A stretch of 32,000 nucleotides of DNA from Rickettsia typhi (GTDB lineage: Bacteria > Pseudomonadota > Alphaproteobacteria > Rickettsiales > UBA1997): contig CAMDCJ010000002.1 in NCBI GenBank assembly GCA_945890035.1, forward strand, positions 3,855-35,854, written 5' to 3'. Positions 7,609-15,726 of the stretch are shown one piece after another. Numbering within the stretch: the first letter of the stretch is position 1; every line of letters begins with the position of its first letter. The position numbers were made by a program, and so were the translations under genes. Below the pieces are notes generated by a model. That model did no database searches. It was not told the DNA's origin and saw nothing but the letters and a program-made list of their open reading frames with translations.

Positions 7609-7997
7609 AATTCATAACCCTCAAAATTATTTTCAAAATATTTTTTTACAAACTCATAATCCATGTCGCTATCATCCTTCTCTTTGAAATAAATTTCTAA
7701 AAATTCTACCACAAATTTTTCGGGATAAAAAGCGTAAATAATTCTAATGCCACTGCGATTTCCCTTTCCCTTCAATGCTTTACAAGAAAACTTTTTAAGT
7801 TTATAAATTTGAATAATTTTTTTATCAAAATTAGGAATTAGAAAAACCGCTTCATTATTGATTCCATGAAGATGAAAAGTTTCAATCGCAAATTTTTTAG
7901 CGATTGCTAAATCTTCTTCGAGAGTGCGATATTTGCGAATAAGTTTTTTAAATTGTTTTGCGAATTTTTCGTTTGTTTCAAACTTAATTTTTTTCAT
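7605..7997 (-). CDS. RelE/ParE/HigB-superfamily toxin-like protein (130 aa)
   Basis: Track ORF 7605-8150 is trimmed to the internal ATG at 7995-7997, because its first 51 codons lie inside the preceding gene. It has basic N-terminal helices (KFAKQFKKLIRKYRTLEEDL). The core KALKGKGNRSGIRIIYAFYPEKFVVEFLEIYFKEKDDSDM matches the K-G-x-G-x-R-(I/V)-I-Y ... (L/I)-x-I-x-x-K pattern I recall for RelE/HigB(Gp49)-type toxins. Confidence 0.6.
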   Translation of the reverse strand: MKKIKFETNEKFAKQFKKLIRKYRTLEEDLAIAKKFAIETFHLHGINNEAVFLIPNFDKKIIQIYKLKKFSCKALKGKGNRSGIRIIYAFYPEKFVVEFLEIYFKEKDDSDMDYEFVKKYFENNFEGYEL

Positions 7998-8748
7998 AAG
8001 TTCGAACTGAGGTTTCTTTGGTGCGGTAAAACACGGCTTCGTAAGAAATATCTTTGCCAATTTCGGTTGAAATCCACGGCACATCTTGATGCGAAAAATC
8101 AGAAAGTTCTTTGGCGGTTTTGTGTCCAAGTCGCGCAATTTCTTCGTCAATATGTTGGAGTTCGCGCCCTGAAAACACAGATAAATCAGGGCTGATAACT
8201 GGAATATATTTCTTTTGATCCTTATCGAAAAATTTAGTGGTTATTTCTTCGATTTTTCCTTCTTTAACCATTTCTTTTACCACCGCAGAAAACTCACGGG
8301 GAGTTGGACCAAAGTGATTTTTAATGTAAGTTGCACCGATAAGCTGCTCTTCATATTTTTCGTAATAATCGAAATCACAAAAATATAAAATTTTATAAAG
8401 CACGGTTTGGCCAACATTGGGCAAGGCTCCAATTTTTTGAGTAATGTAAAGAAGGGCGTTTTTAAATTTTTCGACATTGCGCGCAGGAACGCTAATTCGC
8501 GGTTTTAGTTTTGGATTTTTTTTTGAAAGATTTTTTCCCAAAATAACTTCAACTTCGGAAGTTTCGCCAAAAATTTCTGAAGTACTAATGCCGAGATTCA
8601 TCGCCAATTTATCAGCTTCGGATATTCGTAATTCTCTCTTGCCCGCAAGAATTTTAATTATGGTTGGGCGAGAAACGCCAATTATTCCAGCTAGTTTTGA
8701 TTGTGAGATTTGATGTTTATTGATGAGGTCTTTAAATTTATTACTCAT
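7984..8748 (-). CDS. XRE-family HTH fused to a DUF4065/SocA-like (Panacea) antitoxin domain
   Basis: ATG at 8746-8748. The N-terminal HTH_3 pattern is ISQSKLAGIIGVSRPTIIKILAGKRELRISEADKLAMNLGIS. The C-terminal part ALLYITQKIGALPNVGQTVLYKILYFCDFDYYEKYEEQLIGATYIKNHFGPTPREF matches the K-L-x-Y-x-x-D ... G-P-x-P pattern I recall for DUF4065. It overlaps the downstream toxin-like gene by 14 nt. Confidence 0.65.
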   Translation of the reverse strand: MSNKFKDLINKHQISQSKLAGIIGVSRPTIIKILAGKRELRISEADKLAMNLGISTSEIFGETSEVEVILGKNLSKKNPKLKPRISVPARNVEKFKNALLYITQKIGALPNVGQTVLYKILYFCDFDYYEKYEEQLIGATYIKNHFGPTPREFSAVVKEMVKEGKIEEITTKFFDKDQKKYIPVISPDLSVFSGRELQHIDEEIARLGHKTAKELSDFSHQDVPWISTEIGKDISYEAVFYRTKETSVRTYEKN

Positions 8749-8800
8749 GTTAAATTGTGTTTAAAAAATTTATTTTTGAAATTTGTTTAAACTTATTTTA

Positions 8801-8852
8801 AAATTGTAAATATTATTGTCAATAAATGTGTAAATATTATTTACAATTTACA
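8801..8852 (-). promoter_or_regulatory. Operator-like array upstream of the HTH gene: four TGTAAAT motifs (two direct, two inverted) including a 12-bp perfect inverted repeat
   Basis: tgtaaat occurs at 8805-8811 and 8829-8835, and atttaca at 8839-8845 and 8846-8852. aaattgtaaata (8801-8812) is the exact reverse complement of tatttacaattt (8838-8849). gtaaatattatt is repeated at 8806-8817 and 8830-8841. The array lies 53-104 bp upstream of the ATG at 8748. Confidence 0.5.
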
Positions 8853-8856
8853 TTAT

Positions 8857-11220
8857 TTAAAATCGTAATTTCGCTTGAAACTTGCTCGCTAAAGTTTCGA
8901 TTATTTTAGCGCTAAAATTTTCGATTTCTTCGGAAGTGAGAGTTTTTTCACTCGATTGAATTTTGACACGCAAAGCCACGGATTTCTTGCCTTCTTCGAT
9001 ATTATTGCCACTAAAAATATCAAAAATATTAACTTCTTTGATTGAATTTTTATCAATAGCTTGAATTGATTTTGTAAGCTCGCCGACCATTAAATCTTTA
9101 TCAACTAAAAAAGCAAAATCTCTTTCGACGATTGGGAAATCATTGCTTTGATAAGCTTTGCGTGAGTTTGATTTTGAAGAAGCGGGAAGGGAATCAACAA
9201 AAATTTCAAAAATATAAATACGCGTTTTTAAATCAAAAAATTTATTAATTGCCGGGTGAATTTCACCAAAATAGCCAATAATATTTTTACCAAGTTTAGC
9301 GCAAGCAAAGCGATGCGGATGATAATATTTTAAAGGCGAATCGCCAGTAATTTGAAGGCTTTCGGGCTTGATTCCGAAATGCTCAACGACATCAAAAAAA
9401 TCTTTTTTAACATCAAAAAAATCGACATCGCGCTCATCGTGATAATGATTTTGTTCTTTATTTTTGCCAGCACGAAGGCCTGAAATCATGGTTTTTTGCG
9501 CAGTTGGGCTTTCAAAAATATTGCCAATTTCAAATAGAGCTAAATTTTGAAAATTACGCAGATAATTTTTTTGATAAGAATTGATTAAGCCAATTGCCAG
9601 AGTAGGGCGCATGTGGTTTAATTCGAGCGAAATTGGATTTTGTAAAATTAAATTTGAGTTTTTTTGTGCAAAAATTTCAACAATTTTTTCATCAACAAAT
9701 GACCAATTTATGGTTTCAATTAAACCTTTTGAAGCCAATAAAATTCGGACTTTGTGAAGTGGATTAATAAAATTTTGAGAAATATTTTGTGGATTTTCTA
9801 AAATATTTTTTTGAATATTTTCATAACCATAAATTCTTAAAATTTCTTCAACTAAATCTTCGCTTGAAAAAATATCGTGACGCTTGGTTGGCACTTCAAC
9901 TTTAAAATTTTTATCCGCTTTAAAGCCAAGAGAATTAAGGATTTCAAGTGCTTTATCTTGAGAAATTTTTATGCCAATTAAGCTTTCAAATTTATTAAAA
10001 TCAAAATCAATAAATTGTTGTGTTAAATTGTGATTTTCAATGAAAATTTCGCTGGCCTCACCACCGCAAATTTCAATAATTAATTGTGTCGCAAGCTCAA
10101 TGCCATCAACGCAAGTTTGGTAATCGACTCCGCGTTCAAAACGATGACGCGAATCGGATAAAATATTTAAAGATCGACCATTTTGGGCAACGATTTCTTT
10201 GCTAAAAAATGCTGATTCAAGCAAAATCGCTGAGGTTTCGATTTCACATGAAGAATGTTTCGAGCCCATGACTCCAGCGACGCTAAGAACATTATTTTCA
10301 TCGGCAATTGTTAATATTTTTTCTTTAAGTTCATGTTCAGAATTTTTTAATGAAAGAAATTTTTGATTTTTTTGAGCGTTGCCAATCACGATTTTTTTGT
10401 CAATTTTGTTTAAATCGTAAGCATGCATTGGGCGATTTAAAACATGCATGACATAATTTGTGACATCAACTATTGCCGAAATGGAATTCATCCCAGCGCT
10501 TTGAATTTTTTTAACAAGCCATTCGGGTGATTGACAATTTTTAAGATTTTTTAAAACACGAAAAGAAATGAATGGGCAATCTTGTGGTGATTGATTTAAA
10601 ACCGTTAAATCAAATTTAAATTTGCTCGGAATTTCTGCAATTTTTGGAATTTTTAAAGTGCCAATTCCAGTTGCCGATAAATCGCAAGCAATGCCGAAGA
10701 CGCCTAGGCAATCGCCACGATTTGGAGTTATATTGATTTCAATAATGGCGTCATCGATGCCAAAAACTTCAGAAATCTTAGTGCCAATTGCAAATTTTTC
10801 GTCAATTTCAATAATGCCAGCATCTTCGTTGCCAATTGATAATTCGCGGGCTGAGCACAGCATGCCATTACTTTCGACGCCAGCGATTTTGGCTTTTTTG
10901 ATAATCATGCCATTGCTTGGAATGGTTGAATTGATTGGCGCGTAAGCAACTTTGATGCCGGCGCGTGCGTTCGATGCTCCGCAAATAATTTGCAATGGAG
11001 TTGCGCTGTCAATGGTTTCAACCAAGCAAATTTTGAGTTTGTTAGAATTTTCGTGAGGCTTGGCTTCAATTATTTTTGCAACCGTAAATTCCGCAAGATT
11101 TTTCGCTTTATCTTCGCAATTTTCAACTTCTAAACCAATCTTTGTAAGAGTTTTACAAATTTCCGCAAGAGATGCTGTGGTTTCCAAGAATTCTTTTAGA
11201 GTTGAAAGGGCGAATTGCAT
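8857..11220 (-). CDS. pheT: Phenylalanine--tRNA ligase beta subunit
   Basis: 787 aa, ATG at 11218-11220. It starts with the tRNA-binding (OB) region KIIEAKPHENSNKLKICLVE...IICGASNARAG. B3/4, B5 and FDX-ACB-like regions follow, and the C-terminus is SVALRVKIQSSEKTLTSEEI. Confidence 0.9.
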   Translation of the reverse strand: MQFALSTLKEFLETTASLAEICKTLTKIGLEVENCEDKAKNLAEFTVAKIIEAKPHENSNKLKICLVETIDSATPLQIICGASNARAGIKVAYAPINSTIPSNGMIIKKAKIAGVESNGMLCSARELSIGNEDAGIIEIDEKFAIGTKISEVFGIDDAIIEINITPNRGDCLGVFGIACDLSATGIGTLKIPKIAEIPSKFKFDLTVLNQSPQDCPFISFRVLKNLKNCQSPEWLVKKIQSAGMNSISAIVDVTNYVMHVLNRPMHAYDLNKIDKKIVIGNAQKNQKFLSLKNSEHELKEKILTIADENNVLSVAGVMGSKHSSCEIETSAILLESAFFSKEIVAQNGRSLNILSDSRHRFERGVDYQTCVDGIELATQLIIEICGGEASEIFIENHNLTQQFIDFDFNKFESLIGIKISQDKALEILNSLGFKADKNFKVEVPTKRHDIFSSEDLVEEILRIYGYENIQKNILENPQNISQNFINPLHKVRILLASKGLIETINWSFVDEKIVEIFAQKNSNLILQNPISLELNHMRPTLAIGLINSYQKNYLRNFQNLALFEIGNIFESPTAQKTMISGLRAGKNKEQNHYHDERDVDFFDVKKDFFDVVEHFGIKPESLQITGDSPLKYYHPHRFACAKLGKNIIGYFGEIHPAINKFFDLKTRIYIFEIFVDSLPASSKSNSRKAYQSNDFPIVERDFAFLVDKDLMVGELTKSIQAIDKNSIKEVNIFDIFSGNNIEEGKKSVALRVKIQSSEKTLTSEEIENFSAKIIETLASKFQAKLRF

Positions 11221-11238
11221 AATGCGAAATAGTTAAAA

Positions 11239-11706
11239 TTATTGAATTTTGGAAATTTGTTCGAGTGATTTTTCAATAATTTTATTTTGCTCGACATCCT
11301 TGAATTGAATGGCGGAAAATTGCTCAATTGCCTCATTAATAATGTTGGTTTTGACTTGGCGAATGGCGGATTCTTCTTCGGCTTTCAAGCGGTCCATGGC
11401 GATATCGCCAATTTTTTTAATTTGATCTTCCAATGATTTTTTGGAATTAATCTCAATTTTTTTAGCCTCTTCAACGGCGTCATTAATAATTTTTTGCGAA
11501 TATTCGATGGAATGTTTATGAAACACTTGAGCTTCTTCAAGTAGTTTTTGAGCGCCTTCGCGTAATTTTTTTGCTTCCAAAATATCTTCGGCAATTTTTT
11601 TAGATTGAGAATCGAGTGCCTTGGTAATTTTTGGGAAAACAAACTTAATTAATAAACCAAGAAATGAGAAAAAGGCAATCGCTAGCCAAAATTTTTCGTT
11701 GAACAT
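11239..11706 (-). CDS. atpF: F0F1 ATP synthase subunit b
   Basis: It has a single N-terminal TM helix (FWLAIAFFSFLGLLIKFVFPKI) followed by a long charged coiled coil. It is the last gene of the a-c-b'-b order typical of alphaproteobacteria. Confidence 0.85.
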   Translation of the reverse strand: MFNEKFWLAIAFFSFLGLLIKFVFPKITKALDSQSKKIAEDILEAKKLREGAQKLLEEAQVFHKHSIEYSQKIINDAVEEAKKIEINSKKSLEDQIKKIGDIAMDRLKAEEESAIRQVKTNIINEAIEQFSAIQFKDVEQNKIIEKSLEQISKIQ

Positions 11707-11707
11707 T

Positions 11708-12139
11708 TTAATTTGTAATTTTATTTTTAATAACTTGCGTCAAGTTTTGAATAATTAATGAATTTGAAGTTTTAGAATTATCGACAAATTTTTTAATTTC
11801 GCTACGAGATTCTTTGACCTTTAATTCAATTTTATGTTTTAATTCTGCGATTGAAATGTCGCGCTCTTGATTCGATTTTTTAGTGATTTCTTCAATTTTT
11901 TGAAGATATTCACGATTGGCTTTTTGAAAATTTTCTTGCCCTTTTTCATTTATTGAATCGGATTGTTTGAGAATTTCATCGGCAAGATTTTTGTCATTTG
12001 CAATTAGTTCATGACGCTTAGAAATTATTGAGCGGATTCGCGGAAGAATCAAAAAATGCGCTGATAAATAAAGGGCTATAAAACACAATGCAAACCAAAA
12101 AATTTGCGATGAATAAGTTGTAAAATCAAATTGAGGCAT
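11708..12139 (-). CDS. atpF2: F0F1 ATP synthase subunit b'
   Basis: The N-terminus MPQFDFTTYSSQIFWFALCFIALYL...LPRI is the conserved MPQ(L/F)D...QIFW b' signature. A coiled coil follows. The gene sits between atpE and atpF. Confidence 0.85.
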   Translation of the reverse strand: MPQFDFTTYSSQIFWFALCFIALYLSAHFLILPRIRSIISKRHELIANDKNLADEILKQSDSINEKGQENFQKANREYLQKIEEITKKSNQERDISIAELKHKIELKVKESRSEIKKFVDNSKTSNSLIIQNLTQVIKNKITN

Positions 12140-12190
12140 AATTTTATCGGTAAATAATTAAAATTTGGGCTTTGTGGTGTTTTTAAAAAA

Positions 12191-12418
12191 TTAGTTTGTA
12201 AACAAAACCAAGAAAGCCAAAAGAACCGCAAAGATACCCATTGCTTCGGCTAAACCAACCGCGATATAAATATATTTTTCGATTTTTGGAGCGGCTGAAG
12301 GATTGCGCGCGATGCTGTTAAAGAAAGATCCGAAGATGTTTCCGATAGCGATTGCGGCACCAGCCATAGCAATTGATAACAAACCAACGCCGATAAATTT
12401 TAATGCAAGCATTTCCAT
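12191..12418 (-). CDS. atpE: F0F1 ATP synthase subunit c
   Basis: A 75-aa two-helix proteolipid. It has the loop ARNP and the conserved carboxylate helix GLAEAMGIFAVLLAFLVLF. Confidence 0.95.
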   Translation of the reverse strand: MEMLALKFIGVGLLSIAMAGAAIAIGNIFGSFFNSIARNPSAAPKIEKYIYIAVGLAEAMGIFAVLLAFLVLFTN

Positions 12419-12515
12419 ATTTTAAAAAATTAAAGTTAATAAAAATTTACTCATTAACCCCATAGAAAAGGGAAAATATTTGGCAAATGAGCAACGCCAA
12501 ATTCTCGAAATAATT

Positions 12516-13367
12516 TTAGTGCGCTTTCATTGTTTCACTTAAGTAAGCGCAAACTAAAACTGAAAAAATGTAAGCCTGAAGAACTGCTACGAATAGTTCG
12601 AAGCCAGTCATCACGATGCTAAATAAAAATGGTAAAGCGCCCAAAGCTCCAAGTGAAATAATGAAGCCGGCAATTACTTTTAACAAAACATGTCCCGCAA
12701 CCATATTGGCGAAAAGTCGCACGGATAAAGTGATTGGACGAATTAAGAATGAAAAAAGTTCAATTACAAATATTATTGGAGCCATCCAAATTGGAACTCC
12801 GCTTGGCAAAAACATGTGAATAAAACCGCCGAAACCATTGCGAATAATTGCATAAATCGTGATAATAAAAAAGCACATTATTGCTAAAGATAAAGTGACT
12901 GCGACTTGGCTTGTAGCCGTGAAGCTGTAAGGTGTCATGCCTAGACAATTACAAAGCAAAATAAATGTAAAAATACTAAAAATTAGTGGAAAGAATTTTT
13001 TTCCTTCATGGCCAATGCTTCCTTCGATTAAATTATTGATGAATTGATAAACCGATTCAGCAATCATTTGTGTTCTTGACGGAATTAAGAGTTTACGACT
13101 TGTCGCTTTAAGCATGAATAAAATAATTAAAGCTGTAGCAATAAACATATAAAGTGCTGAATTGGTAAAGCTTAAATTAACATTTCCGACATGAATTGGA
13201 TAAATTTCTTTTATTTTAAATTGATCAAGCGGGCTGTGCTTTTCGTGAGTTTCTGAATGTTTTTCGGTGTTTAAAATTTCTTCTTGATTGGTCGCCTCAT
13301 TTGATTTATCAAGGGACGGAGAGTTTTTATCGTGTTCGTTAATTTGGTTTTTAGTTTTATGTTCCAT
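12516..13367 (-). CDS. atpB: F0F1 ATP synthase subunit a, with a ~45-aa hydrophilic N-terminal extension
   Basis: SPLDQFKIK begins the conserved part. The signature LSVRLFANMVAGH contains the essential Arg. The protein is polytopic. The extension MEHKTKNQINEHDKNSP...HEKH precedes the homologous region, and no internal ATG is available. Confidence 0.9.
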   Translation of the reverse strand: MEHKTKNQINEHDKNSPSLDKSNEATNQEEILNTEKHSETHEKHSPLDQFKIKEIYPIHVGNVNLSFTNSALYMFIATALIILFMLKATSRKLLIPSRTQMIAESVYQFINNLIEGSIGHEGKKFFPLIFSIFTFILLCNCLGMTPYSFTATSQVAVTLSLAIMCFFIITIYAIIRNGFGGFIHMFLPSGVPIWMAPIIFVIELFSFLIRPITLSVRLFANMVAGHVLLKVIAGFIISLGALGALPFLFSIVMTGFELFVAVLQAYIFSVLVCAYLSETMKAH

Positions 13368-13504
13368 GGAAATTTTTAAATTTTTAATTAACTAAAATTG
13401 AAAAAAAACTAGATTTATTTAATTAGCTCTATCAATATCAAAAAAGAAATATTTTTAATTTTTAAGTATAACAAAATATTTTTTGCTTAACATAAAGTCA
13501 AGTT

Positions 13505-14002
13505 ATGAAATTTTTATTAATTTTGATAAGCTTAATTTCTTTAGCTTTTTCTCAAGCTTATTCGCAAGAATTGCAGGCTCGATTTCAAGATTGGAGCGTT
13601 TTTAAAACCGAAAGAGGCGACAAGGTTGTTTGTTATATTGCCTCAACGCCAATAAAAAGCGAAGGCAATTTTGATAAAAGGGGCGAGCCATTTTTTTTAG
13701 TCACTAATATTGACAATGATGCTGATGAAATAAGCACTTCTTCGGGTTTTATCTATAACAAAACTTCGAATGTTGAACTTACTTTTGGAATAAAAAAATA
13801 TTATTTATTTCCGTATAAAACCGTCGCATGGGCAAATGATAAGAATGATGATGCCGATATCATTAAAGAGATGCAGGGCAACGCAGAAATGACTGTAACT
13901 GGCATTGCGCGTGATGGTAAAATTGCCGTTGATACATATTCTCTGATTGGATTTGTACATAGTTATAAAAAACTTAAAGAAGTATGTCAGAATATACATT
14001 AA
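13505..14002 (+). CDS. Secreted protein, possibly of the invasion-associated locus B (IalB)-like family
   Basis: It has a signal peptide MKFLLILISLISLAFSQA. The pattern FQDWSVF...VVCYIASTP ... VAWAND ... YSLIGFVHSYKKLKEVC resembles the W..C.../YSL.GF...C layout I recall for IalB-family proteins; this was not searched. Confidence refers to the family call. Confidence 0.45.
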   Translation: MKFLLILISLISLAFSQAYSQELQARFQDWSVFKTERGDKVVCYIASTPIKSEGNFDKRGEPFFLVTNIDNDADEISTSSGFIYNKTSNVELTFGIKKYYLFPYKTVAWANDKNDDADIIKEMQGNAEMTVTGIARDGKIAVDTYSLIGFVHSYKKLKEVCQNIH

Positions 14003-14481
14003 TAAATTTTATTATAATCCTTCTGGCTATTACGGTATGTTGCGTAATACTAGTTTTGATTATTAGGTCTATATTGTCCTTGGTAATTTATGTTTCTTAC
14101 AAAAAATACCTTAAATTAAAAGAAGCTGCTAAAAAAATTTTACCACAAAGTAAAAAAAATTTTGTTAAGGAAGATGAAGAGCTTAGTCGCAAGAAAGATG
14201 AAATACCAAAGGCCCATTCTCAAGTAAAGGCTGATAACATAAATGCCAAAAATCAGCAAAAATTCCAAATTCTAAATGAAAATAACAAGAGTCAAGAAGA
14301 TGAAAGAATCGTTGGAGTGGCTCCAGCTATAGGATTTTGGACACTAAGAATATTTGGTGAAAGAATCGCTGTAATCATGGCTCAAGCTGAGTCTATGAAA
14401 CAAGGTGAGTCAACTAAATTTTGGCAAAATTTTATTAAAGCGAGTCGCTCTCAAGGTAAATCCAGGGGCAAATCAAAATAA
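13984..14481 (+). CDS. Hypothetical single-pass membrane protein with a Lys/Glu-rich cytoplasmic region
   Basis: ATG at 13984 overlaps the upstream gene by 19 nt. The N-terminal TM helix is LINFIIILLAITVCCVILVLIIRSILSLVIYV. The rest is charged and low-complexity with a basic tail. Confidence 0.6.
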   Translation: MSEYTLINFIIILLAITVCCVILVLIIRSILSLVIYVSYKKYLKLKEAAKKILPQSKKNFVKEDEELSRKKDEIPKAHSQVKADNINAKNQQKFQILNENNKSQEDERIVGVAPAIGFWTLRIFGERIAVIMAQAESMKQGESTKFWQNFIKASRSQGKSRGKSK

Positions 14482-14495
14482 ACTAGGATAATTTT

Positions 14496-15653
14496 ATGAA
14501 TACAAATTTAATCGACCAACAAATTATTGACAGTTTTTTTAAATATTACAAAAAAGATGTTAATGTAATTCAAGAAGATGAATTTAGAATTTTAAAAGAA
14601 AAAATTTCTGACAATCTTCAAAGAATTATTGATTTAACAGAAGCCAAAGAGCTTTTTTTAACAGAATTTAGTGATTATAAATTTTCTTTTTTTCATGTTG
14701 TCGCTAAATTTGGTAAAGCCGAAGATTTAAAAAAAATAATCAATTTAATTGGCATAAAAAACATCAATATTTATGATACCAACAAATACACCGCATTGCA
14801 TCACGCCTCTATTAGCGGTAGATTAGAAAATGTTAAAGTATTAATTGGATATGGTGCCAATATTAACGCTCAATCTTCGGATGACACTAGAAATTGGTTG
14901 CCAATTCATTATGCCTCAAAATTTAATTTTAAAGAAATCGTTGAAGAGTTCGTTCATGCCGGAATTGATAGAGAAGTAAAAACCTCATTCGGACTTGCAC
15001 CACTTCATGTTTCCGCGGAATTTGGATCTTACGAAGTTGCGGAATATTTAATTTCGATCAAGTCCGATTTAAATTCCGAAACCATTCCTGAAAATCAAAG
15101 ATTAACGCCCTTACATTTCGCGGTTCTTGGCAATTTTTATAACATGGTTATTCTCTTAATTTCCTCTGGAGCCGATAGAAACAAAAGAACCGTTGATGGC
15201 GATAATGCTTTAATTTTGGCAATCAAAAGAAATTTTATAAAAATTTCTGAATATCTTGTGATTTGTGGAGTAGAAGATTTAGATATTGCCTATAAAATCG
15301 CCATTAAAAAAGACTTCCGCGAACTTGAAATTGTCTTGAAGGATTATATGGTTGCCAAGGATAAATTATTTAGTAATTCAGAAATAACGCGCATTTCTCG
15401 AGAATTGGTTGAATATATTGCAAAAATTCAACCACAAACTCTTGATAATGATTACTTTGATTTGTTTAGATCCGTAAAGGTTAGCGGTTATTTTTTATGT
15501 TCAATAAGAAAGGATTTTGGAATATTTAAAAAACGCGAATTAAGTTTGCAAAAATTTGCTCAAGATTGCGGTTTAAAAATTTTGGCGAACAACATCAAGA
15601 AGCTTGAGGATATTATAACTCATCGTGAGTTATTAAAAAGATACGGCAATTAA
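14496..15653 (+). CDS. Ankyrin-repeat protein (about five ANK repeats plus a non-repeat C-terminal domain)
   Basis: ANK consensus units include TALHHASISGRLENVKVLIGYGANINAQ, LPIHYASKFNFKEIVEEFVHAGIDREVK, APLHVSAEFGSYEVAEYLISIKSDLN, TPLHFAVLGNFYNMVILLISSGADRNKR and NALILAIKRNFIKISEYLV. An AGGA-like RBS precedes the ATG. Confidence 0.9.
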   Translation: MNTNLIDQQIIDSFFKYYKKDVNVIQEDEFRILKEKISDNLQRIIDLTEAKELFLTEFSDYKFSFFHVVAKFGKAEDLKKIINLIGIKNINIYDTNKYTALHHASISGRLENVKVLIGYGANINAQSSDDTRNWLPIHYASKFNFKEIVEEFVHAGIDREVKTSFGLAPLHVSAEFGSYEVAEYLISIKSDLNSETIPENQRLTPLHFAVLGNFYNMVILLISSGADRNKRTVDGDNALILAIKRNFIKISEYLVICGVEDLDIAYKIAIKKDFRELEIVLKDYMVAKDKLFSNSEITRISRELVEYIAKIQPQTLDNDYFDLFRSVKVSGYFLCSIRKDFGIFKKRELSLQKFAQDCGLKILANNIKKLEDIITHRELLKRYGN

Positions 15654-15680
15654 TTTGTCGGTATAAAATTAGCTTAATGA

Positions 15681-15710
15681 TGAATCGCTTTGGCGAAATA
15701 AATTGCGCTA
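15681..15710. repeat. Degenerate copy of the 6007-6037 repeat unit in the ank/dapA convergent spacer
   Basis: tgaatcgctttggcgaaataaattgcgcta is compared with tgaatcgctccacggcgaataaatcgccgta. The blocks tgaatcgct, ggcgaa and taaat are shared, but the hairpin is not conserved. Confidence 0.45.
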
Positions 15711-15726
15711 TTTTCCAATAAAAAAT

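Noticed and set aside
7998-8150. The long N-terminal extension of the toxin-like ORF (track start at 8150).
   Set aside because: These 51 codons lie entirely within the 3' end of the preceding HTH/Panacea gene in another frame, and their translation (MTKKLRDLDTKPPKNFLIFRIKMCRGF...) has no toxin-like features. The ATG at 7995-7997 gives a typical 130-aa toxin with a short, TA-style overlap.
5617-8856. An insertion sequence, transposon or prophage remnant carrying the cassette.
   Set aside because: There is no transposase, integrase or recombinase ORF on any frame, and no matching terminal inverted repeats bracket the cassette as a whole. Only small non-autonomous-looking elements lie on one side. 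Mobility therefore remains an inference and not a call.
12419-12515. The hairpin ttggc-aaatgagcaac-gccaa in the atpB-atpE spacer, considered as an internal terminator or attenuator.
   Set aside because: The stem is only 5 bp with an 11-nt loop and no adjacent U-run on the transcribed (minus) strand. This is indistinguishable from chance.
13233-13367. The ~45-aa hydrophilic N-terminal extension of AtpB, considered as a possible separate small gene (atpI remnant) or a mis-set start.
   Set aside because: It is in frame, with no internal ATG before the conserved SPLDQF block and no hydrophobic AtpI-like segments. It is most simply a lineage-specific low-complexity extension or a non-canonical internal start. 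It is not distinctive enough to report as a finding.
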